DNA of 64,000 nt from an uncultured Gemmatimonadaceae bacterium (GTDB taxonomy: Bacteria > Gemmatimonadota > Gemmatimonadetes > Gemmatimonadales > Gemmatimonadaceae), in contig CAWJMB010000002.1 in the NCBI GenBank assembly GCA_963843845.1, forward strand, positions 2,240,001-2,304,000, written 5' to 3'. The position numbers and the translations under genes are program-made. Shown here one piece after another: positions 46,437 through 57,345 of this stretch (position 1 is its first letter; every line of letters starts with the position of its first letter). The notes under the pieces are model-generated. The model had not been told where the DNA came from. It saw nothing but the letters and a program-made list of their open reading frames with translations, and made no database searches.

Positions 46437-47528
46437 TCACGGCAACTCGATCAGTTCACGCGAAAACCGGGTGAGCACCTCGGGACCAGTCGAGGTCAGG
46501 TGCACGTCGTCCTCGATGCGCACGCCGCCCCACCCCGGTAGGTAGACACCCGGTTCGATCGTCACGACTGCGCCGACCGGCAACGCACCGTCCGCGCCGC
46601 GCGCCAGTCGAGGCGACTCGTGCACGTCGAGACCGAGGCCGTGCCCCAGACTGTGCCCGAACGCCTCGCCAAAGCCGCGCTCGTCAATGTAGTCGCGAGC
46701 CAGCGCGTCGGCATCCCGGCCGCGCATCCCGGCCCGCACGCCCCGCGACGCCAGGTCGTTGGCGGTCCGCACGACCGCGTACACCTCGCGCTGGCGCTCG
46801 CCCGCCCTTCCCACCACGACGGTGCGGGTGATGTCCGAGCAGTAGCCGCCGACGATCGCGCCGAAGTCGATGAGCAGCAGGTCGCCATCGGCGATCCGCC
46901 GCCCGCTCGCGCGCGCGTGCGGCAACGCAGCCCGCTCGCCGCTCGCGACGATCGTCTCGAACGGAAAGCCTTCGCTCCCCTCCTCACGCAGCGCGCGTTC
47001 GAGCACGCCGGCGACGGCGAGCTCGGTCATGCCTCGGCCCACCGCGTCGAGCGTTCGGTGCAGCGCGCGCTCGGCCACCTCCGCGGCCTCGCGGATCAGC
47101 GCGACCTCCTCCGGAGACTTCCGCTCGCGGAGTCGTTCGACGAGGTCGAGCGTGGGGCGCCAGCTCCAGCGCGCCCCCCCTTCGAGCAGCCGCTGGAAGT
47201 CGCGGTGCAGCAACTGCGCGCTCTCGAACCCCGCGACCTGCACGTAGCCGAGCTGCGCCAGCTCGCGCCACAGGCCCGTCCAGAGACTCTGCGATTCGAT
47301 GAACACGCGCGCAAGTGGGCCGACCTGTTCGTGCGCCTGCGTCTGATACCGGAAGTCGCTGACGAACAACGCTTCGCCGCGCCCGGTGACGAGCAGGAGC
47401 GCGCTCGTCCCCGCGAAGCCCGTCAGGTAGCGGATGCTCGCGAGTCCGGTGACGAGCACCGCGTCGAGGTGAAGACGGTCCAGCTCTGCCGCGACCGCCG
47501 CGAGCCGCTCACCGCGTCGATCGGTCAC
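46437..47528 (-). CDS. Xaa-Pro aminopeptidase (M24 family)
   Basis: 'YLTGF', 'DFRY', 'ALPHA', 'DFGA...SDITRT', 'HSLGHGLG' and 'TIEPG...GGVRIEDD'. Confidence 0.93.
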   Translation of the reverse strand: MTDRRGERLAAVAAELDRLHLDAVLVTGLASIRYLTGFAGTSALLLVTGRGEALFVSDFRYQTQAHEQVGPLARVFIESQSLWTGLWRELAQLGYVQVAGFESAQLLHRDFQRLLEGGARWSWRPTLDLVERLRERKSPEEVALIREAAEVAERALHRTLDAVGRGMTELAVAGVLERALREEGSEGFPFETIVASGERAALPHARASGRRIADGDLLLIDFGAIVGGYCSDITRTVVVGRAGERQREVYAVVRTANDLASRGVRAGMRGRDADALARDYIDERGFGEAFGHSLGHGLGLDVHESPRLARGADGALPVGAVVTIEPGVYLPGWGGVRIEDDVHLTSTGPEVLTRFSRELIELP

Positions 47529-47972
47529 GCGACTCCCCGCGCCTGCAGCGCCACCACGAGTCCGCGCAGTCCGAGCTCGTAGCCGAATGTGCCGAAGCCG
47601 CACAGCACGCCGATCGCGTCGGCGGCGAGCATGGAGTGGTGCCGCACCGGCTCGCGCGCGTGAACGTTGCTGATGTGCACTTCGACGAAGGGAATCCCGA
47701 CGCCGACGAGCGCGTCGCGCAAGGCGAGACTGGAGTGCGTGTACGCGCCGGCGTTGATGACGATCCCGTGCGCCCAGCCGGACAGCGCCTGCATCGCATC
47801 GACGAGTTGCCCCTCGCCGTTGTGCTGCACACACCGCAGCGACGCGCCGAGCCGACGTCGCGATCTCGGCGAGTCGAGACTCGACGTCGGCGAGTGTGGC
47901 GGTGCCGTAGACCTCGGGCTCGCGTCGACCGAGCAGATTGAGGTTCGGGCCGTTGATGAGTGCGACGTTCAC
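47525..47972 (-). CDS. aroQ: Type II 3-dehydroquinate dehydratase; frameshifted near 47850
   Basis: '[17 protein letters not shown]', '[10 protein letters not shown]' and 'EVHISN'. Confidence 0.93.
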
Positions 47973-47990
47973 GGCACGGTCGGGATCGAG

Positions 47991-49370
47991 TCAGGACTCA
48001 CGCAGATCCTTCAACCAGGCGTTGAACGCCGCGAGATCCTCTTCGGTCTCCACGGTGGGCTCCTCGGGTGCGACGTCGGCACCCGGCGATACGGCGCTGG
48101 GCCGCGAGGCGACCGCGACCTGCGAGCCGCTGAACGTCGGTGGTGGTGGCGCCGGCGGCGCGGGCCGCGCCGGCGGCGTCTCTTCGAGTCCGACGAAGAA
48201 GCGGTCGAACGAGAGATCGAGTGGTGCGCCCTCCACCGACGGCGCGTGCCGCACCTCCGGCACCTCGGCCGTCTCGGCGAAGGCCTCGCCCCACGCCTGC
48301 ACGGCCCACGCGTCGCGCTCGTGCGGTGCGGCGGACGACGTCGGTGACGCGGACGCGGCGGCGGCGACCGTCACCATCGCGTCGGCGGGCGTCTCGGCCA
48401 ACCGACGGAGGAACGCGCCGGCGGTCGGATCCGACGGCACGTCGGGGTGAAGCCGTGCCCGCAACGCGTTCGCGCGGTCGCGGATGCGGGCGTCGCCGGG
48501 CCGCTGCGCGACGAGACGGTCGTAGATCGAGAGCGCTTCGACGTCGTGTCCCTGATCGAGGCAGAGCTGGGCCATCGTCTCGGTGGCGAACGCGCTCGAT
48601 ACGAGCAGATCCGGTGGCGGCTCGCCGCCCGGCGGCTGCGGTTCCGCCGTCGGCGCCGCCACCGCGGACGGCGCCTCGCGCGCCACGTCGACCCGGTGCG
48701 GGTCCGGCTCGACGTCCCCAGTGGTCGACGGCGGAAGATCGAGCCCGACGACGGGGTCGTACGGCGACTCCGGCTCGTCGGCGACCGGAGCGTCATTCAG
48801 GGGCTGGTCGACCGGCTGCCACTCGAAGTCCGCCTCCGAGAAATCGACGAACAGCTCAGCACCGCCGTCCATCTCGACGACCTCGGCCTGCTCGGCCGCG
48901 AGCACAGCGGCGGGCGCGGCGGCGACGAGCTCGTCGCTGCCGACGGACGGTCGTTTTTGGTCGACGGGCGGTACGGTCTCCAACCCGGCCAACGTCGCCG
49001 AGATCGCCTCGTTGTACGGATCCGCATCGAGCACGCGACGATACCACATGCGGGCCGCCGGCGCGTCGTGCGTCGCGCGGGCGATGTCGCCGAGATGGCG
49101 CAGCGCGATGAGATTCTCCGGATCGAGCACGATCGCCCGCTCGAAGACGCGCTGAGCTTCCGCAACCTCCCCCGCCTCGTAGAGCGCCTGGCCGAGCACG
49201 ATGTTCCCGCTCATGTGAGAGGGAAACAGCCGCAGCTGGGTGCGACAGATCGCGATGGCCGTGCTCAGGTCGCCCGCCTTGCGGTACTCGTTGGCGAGCG
49301 GCGCGAAGAAGCGTCTCGGATTCGCGTCGAACTTCGCACGGAGCTCGTCGATCCGAGCGGATGCGGCCAT
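47991..49370 (-). CDS. Tetratricopeptide repeat protein with acidic Pro/Ala-rich linker
   Basis: N-terminal TPRs ('FAPLANEYRKAG', 'LGQALYEAG'), internal TPR 'TETMAQL..QG' and C-terminal amphipathic helix 'EEDLAAFNAWL'. Confidence 0.8.
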   Translation of the reverse strand: MAASARIDELRAKFDANPRRFFAPLANEYRKAGDLSTAIAICRTQLRLFPSHMSGNIVLGQALYEAGEVAEAQRVFERAIVLDPENLIALRHLGDIARATHDAPAARMWYRRVLDADPYNEAISATLAGLETVPPVDQKRPSVGSDELVAAAPAAVLAAEQAEVVEMDGGAELFVDFSEADFEWQPVDQPLNDAPVADEPESPYDPVVGLDLPPSTTGDVEPDPHRVDVAREAPSAVAAPTAEPQPPGGEPPPDLLVSSAFATETMAQLCLDQGHDVEALSIYDRLVAQRPGDARIRDRANALRARLHPDVPSDPTAGAFLRRLAETPADAMVTVAAAASASPTSSAAPHERDAWAVQAWGEAFAETAEVPEVRHAPSVEGAPLDLSFDRFFVGLEETPPARPAPPAPPPPTFSGSQVAVASRPSAVSPGADVAPEEPTVETEEDLAAFNAWLKDLRES

Positions 49371-49431
49371 GCGTGCCCCTCGTCGGGCGGACAACGGTTG
49401 GGCGCTCGGACGTGCAGCGGCGGGCACGCAG

Positions 49432-49461
49432 ATTCTACTCCGCGACGCGCCGGGATGTCAA
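49432..49461 (-). promoter_or_regulatory. Sigma70-like promoter TTGACA-18 nt-TAGAAT upstream of the TPR-aroQ-accBC-ftsK run
   Basis: Consensus -35 and near-consensus -10 in the divergent intergenic region. Confidence 0.65.
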
Positions 49462-49608
49462 CGGCGCGACGACGCAGAAGTCGCTCACTCCCTTGATTTT
49501 AGCTCTCGCGGCGGGGTACCTTTTTCGGCTTCCTGTTCGCGTCGGCCTGTCCACACGGCCGCGCCATTCCCACCCCGCCTTATTCGCCTCTAGGCCAGGA
49601 GTTCGTCC

Positions 49609-51445
49609 GTGCTGCAATCGATGCGGAGTGCCGCGAAATATGTCTGGATTTTCATCGCGGTCGCGTTCATCGGCGGCTTCCTCTTCGCGCAGGCGTCCGG
49701 GCTCCTCGGTCGGGCGCCGGTCACGACTTCGACGGCGGTCGCCGAGGTCAACGGCGAGAAGATCCTCTACACCGACTGGCAGCGGGCCGTCCAGGCGCGC
49801 AACCAGCAGGCGAACCAGCAGGCCGGCCGCGCCCTGACGCTCGACGAGCAGACGCGCGTGGAGCAGCAGGTCTTCGACGACATGGTGAACGAGGCTGCTC
49901 CTGCGTCAGGAGTACGAGCGCCGCGGCATCTCGGTCAGCGACGAGGAGATCATCGAAGCTGCACGCACCCAGCCGCCCCCGAGCTGGCGAACAGCGCCGA
50001 GTTGCAGACGGAAGGGCGCTTCGACCCGGCGAAGTATCAGCGATACCTGTCGAACCCGGCGGCGCGCGAAGGGGGGCTGCTCGCCTACCTCGAGCAGTAC
50101 TATCGCCAGGAGATCCCGCGTCAGAAGCTGTTCGCGCAGGTCGCGAGCGACGTCTACGTCTCTGACGGGCGCCTCTGGTCGATCTGGCAGGACTCGCACG
50201 ACTCGGCACAGGTGACCTACGCCGCGCTCCGCGCCGAGTCGATCGCCGACTCGGCGGTGCAGGTGTCGGACGGCGAGATCTCGTCGTACTACGGCGCGAA
50301 CAAGAAGCAGTTCGAGCGGCCGGGCCGCGCGGTGCTCTCGCTGCTCACGCATCTCCCGCTCGCTCACGTCTGCGGACTCGGCGGCGTCGCTCGCGCGCGG
50401 CGAGCGCGTGCGCGCGCACGATCGTCGGCGGGCAGAAGTTCGAGGACGTGGCGCGCCGCGAGTCGTCGGACTCGGTCTCGGCGCAGCAGGGTGGCGACCT
50501 CGGGAGCGGCGCTCGCGGACGGTTCGTCGCCGAGTTCGAGAAGGCCGCATACGCGCTCGCCGATCGGCGACGTGTCGCAGCCGGTGCTGTCGCAGTTCGG
50601 CTACCACCTGATCCGCGTCGACTCGAAGAAGGGCGACACGCTCAGCGTCCGACACATCCTGATCCCGATCCAGCAGAGCGATTCGAACTCCGCGCGTTCC
50701 GACCGGCTCGCGGACGACGTCGCGAAGATCGCTGCATCGCAGGAAGATCCGAAGAAGTTCGACGAGGCGGTCGCACGTCATCGTCTGAGCCGCGCGACGG
50801 TCGTCGCGATCGAAGGCGAGCCGGTGAGCTGGCTCGGCAAGCCGGTCCCGAGCGTGAGCGCGTGGGCGTTCACGGGTGCGCGTCCCGGCGAGACGAGCGA
50901 TCTGTACGACGCTCCCGACGCCTATTACCTCGCTCGCCTCGACTCGCTGACCGAGGGAGGCCAGCAGCCGCTCTCGGAAGTTCGCGACGAGATCCGTCAG
51001 CGGCTCGCGCAGGAGAAGAAGGTCGAGCAGCTCCTTCCCAGAGGGCAGCAGCTGCGCGCAAGCGGCCGCGCGCAGCTCGCTCGAGGCGGCGGCGACGGCC
51101 GCCGGGCTGAAGACGCAGTCGACGGAGATGTTCACGCGGGGGTCGCTGGTGCCGGGCCTCGGACAGTTCACGCAGGCGGTCGGCGCGGCGTTCGGCGCGC
51201 CTCAGGGCTCGATCACCCCCGCGATCCCGTCGCGCGACGGAGTCTACGTGCTGCGCGTGGATCGGCGCGTGAACGCCGACAAGGGCGCGTGGGAGGCGCA
51301 GAAGGCGGAGCAGCGTCAGCAGGTGACGCAGGCGCTTCGTCAGCAACGTGTGCGCGACTTCCTCGTCGATCTGCGCGAGCGCGCGAAGATCGAAGACAAC
51401 CGCAAGGCGGTGCAGGCATCGGCGCGGCGGCAGGCGGCGAGCTGA
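49609..51445 (+). CDS. SurA/PpiD-type peptidyl-prolyl isomerase chaperone; frameshifted in this sequence
   Basis: 'MLQSMRS' plus TM, 'VAEVNGEKI', parvulin motifs 'GGDLG', 'VSQPVLSQFGYHLI' and 'RHILI'. Confidence 0.88.
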
Positions 51446-51476
51446 CCGCGTCGCCCGCGCCACGCGGGAATGCACG

Positions 51477-51516
51477 AAGCCCCGGCGTCTCATCGCAGTG
51501 AGACGCCGGGGCTTTT
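51477..51516. terminator. Intrinsic (possibly bidirectional) terminator between convergent surA-like gene and tatA
   Basis: Perfect 16-bp stem AAGCCCCGGCGTCTCA / TGAGACGCCGGGGCTT with a 6-nt loop, ending in TTTT. Confidence 0.85.
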
Positions 51517-51537
51517 GGTGTGGAGCTCTCGCGATCC

Positions 51538-51825
51538 TCAGCCGATCAATCGCTTGGGAGTGCGCGTCGTTTCGGCGTCGGCCACCGACTCGGCCGGTGC
51601 GGCGCGGAGCGCGTCGCGGTCGGCCACGGGGGCGACCGGGGGCACCATCGCATCGCGTGCCGGCTCGGTGATCGCCCGTTGGGCGTCACTCATGTTGCGC
51701 TTGAATTCGTTGATCCCCTTTCCGAGCGACCCCGCGACCTCCGGGATGCGCTTCGCGCCGAACAGCAGGAGAACGATGAGGAGGATGATGAGAATCTCAC
51801 CCATCCCGAGGTTGCCTAAGCCCAT
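51538..51825 (-). CDS. tatA: Twin-arginine translocase TatA/E
   Basis: '[34 protein letters not shown]'. Confidence 0.95.
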   Translation of the reverse strand: MGLGNLGMGEILIILLIVLLLFGAKRIPEVAGSLGKGINEFKRNMSDAQRAITEPARDAMVPPVAPVADRDALRAAPAESVADAETTRTPKRLIG

Positions 51826-51834
51826 GGTGTGCTC

Positions 51835-52116
51835 CTAGAAAAGCGATCTGGCGATCAGGTATGCGATCAGTACGCCAACCAGACTCAGCAAGGACACGTC
51901 GACGGCCACGGGCCCCAACCCGAACTTCAATATAATCAGGTCGAGTTGCAGGGGACCGACCGACGGCGTCACGCCAGTCGTCAAGAATTCTTTGACCCCG
52001 CCGGCCGGTAAAAAGATTCGCGCTGCCTGGGTGAGCAGGCCGCCGGTGACGAATCCCGCGGCGAGCACTGCCAGGTGAAACGCCGGCCTGCGGCGCGTCG
52101 TGCTGCGCGACGCCAT
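51835..52116 (-). CDS. Small membrane protein (DUF4321-like)
   Basis: Two TM segments and 'LQLDLIILKFGLG'; family assignment from memory only. Confidence 0.6.
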   Translation of the reverse strand: MASRSTTRRRPAFHLAVLAAGFVTGGLLTQAARIFLPAGGVKEFLTTGVTPSVGPLQLDLIILKFGLGPVAVDVSLLSLVGVLIAYLIARSLF

Positions 52117-52118
52117 GG

Positions 52119-53125
52119 CTACCAGCGGCGATCGAGCACGTAACCGATCGCGTCGAACAGCGCGGTGCGCGCCGGCGAGTCGGGGAGCGAGGCGATCGCG
52201 TCTTCGGCCTCGCGGGTGACCTGCTCACCGCGGCGTCGGGCGTATTCGAGGCCGCCGTACTCGCCGACGATGCGCGACCACGTCGGCGACCTGCCCGTCT
52301 TCCGGCTCCGCGGTCGCGAACAGCTCCTCGACGCGGCGGCGAGACGCGGACGGCATCTCGCGCAACGCCGCGATCAGCGGCAGCGTCACCTTGTGCTCGC
52401 GGAGATCGAGACCGGTCGGCTTCCCCGTCATCTCCTGCGCCTCGGTGTAGTCGAGCAGGTCGTCGGCGATCTGGAACGCCACGCCGAGCCGCTCGCCGTA
52501 CTGCGAGAGTGCGGTCGCGATAGCGAGGTGCGCCGCACAGTGCGCCGACCTCACAGGCGGTCTTGAACAGTGCCGCCGTCTTCGCCCGGATGAGCGTGTA
52601 GTAGTCGTTCTCGTCGAAACGCAGCGCGTCGAAGGCGCCGAGCTGGCGCAGCTCGCCCAGCGTCATCGCCGTCGACGTCACCGCGAACACGCGCATCACC
52701 TCGATGTCCCCGACGCGGACGAGCTCGGCCATCGTGCGGGCGTACAGGTAGTCGCCCATGATGACCGACACCTGGTGACTGAACAGCGCGTTCACCGTCG
52801 GCATCCCGCGTCGCAGAACCGAGTGGTCGACCGCGTCATCATGGACGAGCGTCGCCAGATGCAGCACCTCGACGGTCGCGGCGAGACTCACGGCGCGCGC
52901 ATCGGGCGCATCCTCGACGCTACTCGCCAGGAGCAGCAGCGTCGGCCGGAACATCTTCCCTTTCATCCCCAGCAGGTGCGCGCTGATCTCCGACGCGAGC
53001 GGCAGATCGGCGGCGACGATTCGCAGGATCTCCGGCGTCACTTGCGCCAGTCGGTCGCGGATCGGCGCCTGGATGTCGTGCAGGGCCGCGGCCACGTCGG
53101 CGCGAGAGCGCGCGGACAGAGTCAT
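52119..53125 (-). CDS. Polyprenyl diphosphate synthase; frameshifted in this sequence
   Basis: 'GKMFRP', FARM 'LVHDDAVD..RRG', SARM 'FQIADDLLD' and 'GKPTGLDL'. Confidence 0.92.
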
Positions 53126-55005
53126 GGAGTCGAGTCGGAGAGCAGGCGGTCTATCGCGTCGCGGAAATCGATGTCGATGGCGACCACGCGGCGGAACCAG
53201 TCGCGAGCTTCATCGGCCCGCCCGAGTCGCGCGTGTGCGTCGCCTAAAAGATACATCACGCCCAGCATGCTACGCTGGTCACCCCCCTGCCCTGCGGACG
53301 CACCAGCGCCGACCAGCACGTCGATCGCGAGCTGCGGTGCCTCGCGGTCCAGAAAGCACTGCCCGAGTGCCTCCCGCGCCCGCAACGACGCAGCGTCCGC
53401 CCGGACAGCGCGTTGAAACTGTGCGATCGCCTCGTCGACGAGCCCCATCTCGCGGAATGCGATGCCGAGGTCATAGTGCGACGCGTGATCGTCGTCGTCG
53501 ACCGTGCGCGCGACGCCGGAGCGGAAGGCGCCGAGCAGTCGGGCGAAGTCGGCGGTCTCGTCGCCCGTCGGCGTGTCCTGCTCCGTCGTGAACCGCGTGC
53601 ACGGCGCTGGCTCCGTGCTTCGCAGCCACGCACCGAGGTCCACGAGATCGCCGCCGGCCGGAAGCACCGTCGCCGGTTCCTCCATCGACGTTGCGGTTCC
53701 TTCATCCAACGAACGCGCCGACCCCGCAGCCTGTTCCGTGGCGACCGGCGCCTCGGTGTCCTGCCATTCCGCGACCGACTCGCCGATGGCCGACGACGCG
53801 CTGCCGATCCAACTGACGAGGGCGAGCGGGGGAAGCTCGCCGGGCAGCGCGCGATCGTGGCGGCCGGCGGGCGTGTCGTCGATCACGCCGTCGATCGCGT
53901 CGTTCATCACATCGCTCATCGCGACGTCCGCCACGTCATCCATCGCGTCGAGCGCGACGATGCCCGACGCAGCACCGTCCCATCCGTCGACGCTCGGCGG
54001 CGCGACGACCTCGTCGGGTGCCCAGTCGAGCAGATCCAGCGAGTCGGGGCCTTCGTCGGCGTGCGCGAGCGGTTCGCCGATGAACTGGAACGTCAGCGCA
54101 TCGGAGTCGGGCGGCACGAAGGCAGCCGGCTCGAACGACAGGAGTCGTACGGCATCGTCCTCGAACGGCACCGACGCGTCTGCGATCGTGTCGCCGAGCG
54201 GTTCGAGGGCGAGCGAGGGGAACGCACCATCGCTCGCGAGACTCGTCGTGTCGAAGCCGGCGATCGCAACGCTGCCAATGTCGCTCCCCGACAGCGCGCG
54301 AGCGTCGAGTGCGAGCGACTCGTCATCGTCGATCGGCGCGTCGAGCGCGCGCGTCACGTCGAGAAAGACGAGGCTCGCATCGCTCGCCGCGCCGCGCGCC
54401 GAGGACGGCGGCGGGGCCGACGCGCCAGCCGCGGAGGGCGGAGCCGAGCGATCCGTCGGCGCCGTCGACGCCAGCATCGCGTCGAGCCGCGCCGCGAGCT
54501 CGGCGCCGCGGCTCCCCTTCTTGAGGTGGGCCGCGAGCGCGGCGCGCGCGTCGTCGCCCGGCGCGCAGAGAGCAGCGAACTCGGTCAGCGCGCGCGACGC
54601 TTCGTCATCGCGCCCGGCGCGGTGCATTCGCTCGGCATACTCGACGTAGTGATGACGGGCGTCGCCGCGAAAACCCTGCTTCGCGTGGAGCACCGCGAGC
54701 GTGTAGTGCGCGGCCGCATTGTCCGTGTCGTGGCGCAGCAGTTTGTTCGAGACGGCGATGGCGTTGTTGAGCAGGCCGCCCGCCGCGTAGCCGTCGATCG
54801 CGCGCTCGTAGTACGTCACGCCTTGCGACGGATCGCCAGCGCGCATCGCGACGTCGCCCGCGCGGTTGTAGAGCGCGACGTCGACGTCTTCCTGCGCCGC
54901 ACGCGTCTCCTCGAACAGCTTCGTGTACGCGACGAGCGCCTTCGCGTAGTGGCGATCCTGCTCGAGCTGCTGCGCCTGCTTCGAGAGCTTCGCGAGGTTC
55001 GACAT
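53122..55005 (-). CDS. TPR protein with long acidic linker and FimV-C-like C-terminal TPRs
   Basis: N-terminal TPRs, D/E-rich middle and 'HYDLGIAFREMGLVDEAIAQFQ'. Confidence 0.8.
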   Translation of the reverse strand: MSNLAKLSKQAQQLEQDRHYAKALVAYTKLFEETRAAQEDVDVALYNRAGDVAMRAGDPSQGVTYYERAIDGYAAGGLLNNAIAVSNKLLRHDTDNAAAHYTLAVLHAKQGFRGDARHHYVEYAERMHRAGRDDEASRALTEFAALCAPGDDARAALAAHLKKGSRGAELAARLDAMLASTAPTDRSAPPSAAGASAPPPSSARGAASDASLVFLDVTRALDAPIDDDESLALDARALSGSDIGSVAIAGFDTTSLASDGAFPSLALEPLGDTIADASVPFEDDAVRLLSFEPAAFVPPDSDALTFQFIGEPLAHADEGPDSLDLLDWAPDEVVAPPSVDGWDGAASGIVALDAMDDVADVAMSDVMNDAIDGVIDDTPAGRHDRALPGELPPLALVSWIGSASSAIGESVAEWQDTEAPVATEQAAGSARSLDEGTATSMEEPATVLPAGGDLVDLGAWLRSTEPAPCTRFTTEQDTPTGDETADFARLLGAFRSGVARTVDDDDHASHYDLGIAFREMGLVDEAIAQFQRAVRADAASLRAREALGQCFLDREAPQLAIDVLVGAGASAGQGGDQRSMLGVMYLLGDAHARLGRADEARDWFRRVVAIDIDFRDAIDRLLSDSTP

Positions 55006-56324
55006 CAGTGCGGCGGTGAGGGCGACGGGTGATTCGGCGCGGCGGTGCGAATGGCAGCTTCCAGCGGGTGGCACGGGACCCCGCGGACCCAGGTTCCGCG
55101 ACAGAGCCGATCGCCATACCAGTACGGCAGCTCGCGCAGATCGTCAGCGTCGAACAGCGCCAGATCGGCCGAGTACCCGGGCGCGATCTGGCCGACGCGA
55201 TCGGCGAGTGCGAGCGCGGCGGCACCGTTCACCGTCGCGGCGACGAGCGACTCGGCGGCGGTGAGGCGGAGCTGGCTGACGGCGAGGGTGAGCACGAGCG
55301 GAAAGTTGACGGTCGGACTCGTTCCGGGATTGAAGTCGCTGGCGAGCGCGATCGCCGCGCCCGCGTCGACGAGCGCGCGGGCCGGCGCCTGCTGCGCGCG
55401 ACCGAGGAAGAGCATCGTGCCGGGGAGCAGCGTCGCCACCGTCTCCGACGCCGCGAGCGCCGCGATCCCCGCGCCGTCGATGGCTGCGAGGTGATCGGCC
55501 GACGTCGCACCGAGGGCCGCCGCGAGCTGCGCACCGCCGGACGTTTCGAGCTCGTCGGCGTGCAGCTTGAGGCGGAGTCCGTGGCGCCGCGCCGCGTCGA
55601 GCACGGTACGACTCTCCTCCACGGTGTAGACGCTCGGCTCACAGAAAACGTCAGCAAATCGCGCCAGTCGCTCGGCGGCGACGCGTGGGAGCATCTCGTC
55701 GGTCAGGACCCGGATGTACTCGGTCCGTCCGCCCGGGCGTCCGCGGTACTCGAGTGGAATCTCGTGCGCGCCGAGGAACGTGGGAACCAGGCGAAGGGGC
55801 AGCAGCTCCTGCAGGCGGGCGATGACCCGGAGCGTCTTGAGTTCGTCGTCGAGCGTGAGGCCGTAGCCCGACTTGAGCTCGACGGTGGTCGTGCCGTGCG
55901 CGGCGAGACGCCGGAGGCGGGGCAACGCGAGCGCGACGAGCTCGCCTTCCGAACGGGTGCGCAGGTCACGCACCGAGCTGTGAATGCCGCCCCCGCGCTG
56001 CGCGATCTCCTGGTAGGGCACCCCGGTCGCACGCAGCTCCTGCTCCTCGTACCGCGCGCGACCGAAGACGGCGTGGGTGTGCGAATCGACGAGTCCGGGC
56101 GTCAGCAGCGCCCCGTCGCAGTCGACGCGCGCCGCCTCTGGGAACCGTCGCGCGAGCACGTCGTCCGCGGCGACCGCGACGACCAGGCCGTCGACGACCG
56201 CGACGCCGAGGCCGCGCGACGCGCCGGCCTCGCGCAGCTCCGCGCGGCGGCGTGCGCGCGGAGCGCCGGAACATGTGACGAGCTGGCCGACGTTGTGGAA
56301 GAGCGTCGGCCGCTGCCCACTCAT
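55005..56324 (-). CDS. hutI: Imidazolonepropionase
   Basis: 'PGLVDSHTH', 'GGGIHSSV', 'GTTTVELKSGYGL', 'HADEL' and 'ASDFNPG'. Confidence 0.95.
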   Translation of the reverse strand: MSGQRPTLFHNVGQLVTCSGAPRARRRAELREAGASRGLGVAVVDGLVVAVAADDVLARRFPEAARVDCDGALLTPGLVDSHTHAVFGRARYEEQELRATGVPYQEIAQRGGGIHSSVRDLRTRSEGELVALALPRLRRLAAHGTTTVELKSGYGLTLDDELKTLRVIARLQELLPLRLVPTFLGAHEIPLEYRGRPGGRTEYIRVLTDEMLPRVAAERLARFADVFCEPSVYTVEESRTVLDAARRHGLRLKLHADELETSGGAQLAAALGATSADHLAAIDGAGIAALAASETVATLLPGTMLFLGRAQQAPARALVDAGAAIALASDFNPGTSPTVNFPLVLTLAVSQLRLTAAESLVAATVNGAAALALADRVGQIAPGYSADLALFDADDLRELPYWYGDRLCRGTWVRGVPCHPLEAAIRTAAPNHPSPSPPH

Positions 56325-57307
56325 CGCGCCGCCGTGCCCATCACGTCCGCGACGCGCGACGCGATCCGGATCGGCGCCTGCGCCTCGCCACGGCAGGCGT
56401 AGTAGCAGGCGTTGCAGTCGATCGGCTCGTACGTGCGGTACTCGGACCAGTGAAAGTCGGTCGGGAAGTCCGGGCAGCGTCGGACGTGGCCGGTCGGGCT
56501 CACGTGGATCGTGTCGCGGCCGCTGCGACACGGCTCGGTCATCTCGCCGCGGAGGTAGCGGGGGATCTGCTCGAGGTAGTAGTCGCTGTTCGTGATGACG
56601 CCGCGTCGCCGCCGCTTGAAGGCGAGCAACTCGGCGACGAGCGCATCGATCTCGGCGAGCTGGCCGGGGCGGATGAGATGCGCCGCGTTCCCGTTCTTCG
56701 CGTCGGTATAGACGCTGAAGTTGACGCCGGCGCCCAACGCCACCGCGCGCTCGAGGATCGGCACGATCTGATCGAGGTTGTCGTCTTTGATGACGGTGTT
56801 GAATCGCACGTTGTCGATACCCGCCGCGCGCATGCCAGGGACGGTGCGCATGATCTTGTCGACGAGCCCCGGGATGCCGCGCGCCGCATCGTGCCGACCG
56901 TCGAGGTAGTCGAGCGAGATGTTGAACTGGTGAATGCCCGCGGCCCACAGCGAGCGCGCCCGCTCGACGCTGAGCATGCCGCCGTGCGTGATCAGGGTGA
57001 CGTACTTGAGGCGCACCGCGCCGTCGACGGCCGCCACGAGATCCTCGAGGTCGCGGCGCAGCAGCGGCTCGCCGCCGGTGAACGTGACGAGCATCGGATC
57101 GAAGTAGCGAGCCGCGTCCGCGAAGCTCTGCAGCTCGTGCTGCTTCGCCGACGCGTCCGTCTTCCAGTAGTCGCAGAAACCGCAGCGCGCGTTGCAGCGC
57201 AGGGTGACCTCGAAGTGAACGAGCACGGGGCGGCGGCGCGCCTTGAGCCAGGCGTACTTCGCCAGGAAGAGCGGGACGTGGTGCGGCTTGAACTTCGCGG
57301 ACAGCAT
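56321..57307 (-). CDS. Radical SAM protein with C-terminal SPASM/twitch-like cysteines
   Basis: CxxxCxxC 'CNARCGFC', 'GGEPLL' and C-terminal C-x17-C...CxxCxxxC. Confidence 0.9.
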   Translation of the reverse strand: MLSAKFKPHHVPLFLAKYAWLKARRRPVLVHFEVTLRCNARCGFCDYWKTDASAKQHELQSFADAARYFDPMLVTFTGGEPLLRRDLEDLVAAVDGAVRLKYVTLITHGGMLSVERARSLWAAGIHQFNISLDYLDGRHDAARGIPGLVDKIMRTVPGMRAAGIDNVRFNTVIKDDNLDQIVPILERAVALGAGVNFSVYTDAKNGNAAHLIRPGQLAEIDALVAELLAFKRRRRGVITNSDYYLEQIPRYLRGEMTEPCRSGRDTIHVSPTGHVRRCPDFPTDFHWSEYRTYEPIDCNACYYACRGEAQAPIRIASRVADVMGTAAR

Positions 57308-57345
57308 GGGTGCCTAACGCGTGTGCGAAGGGGCCCGGTGGACCG

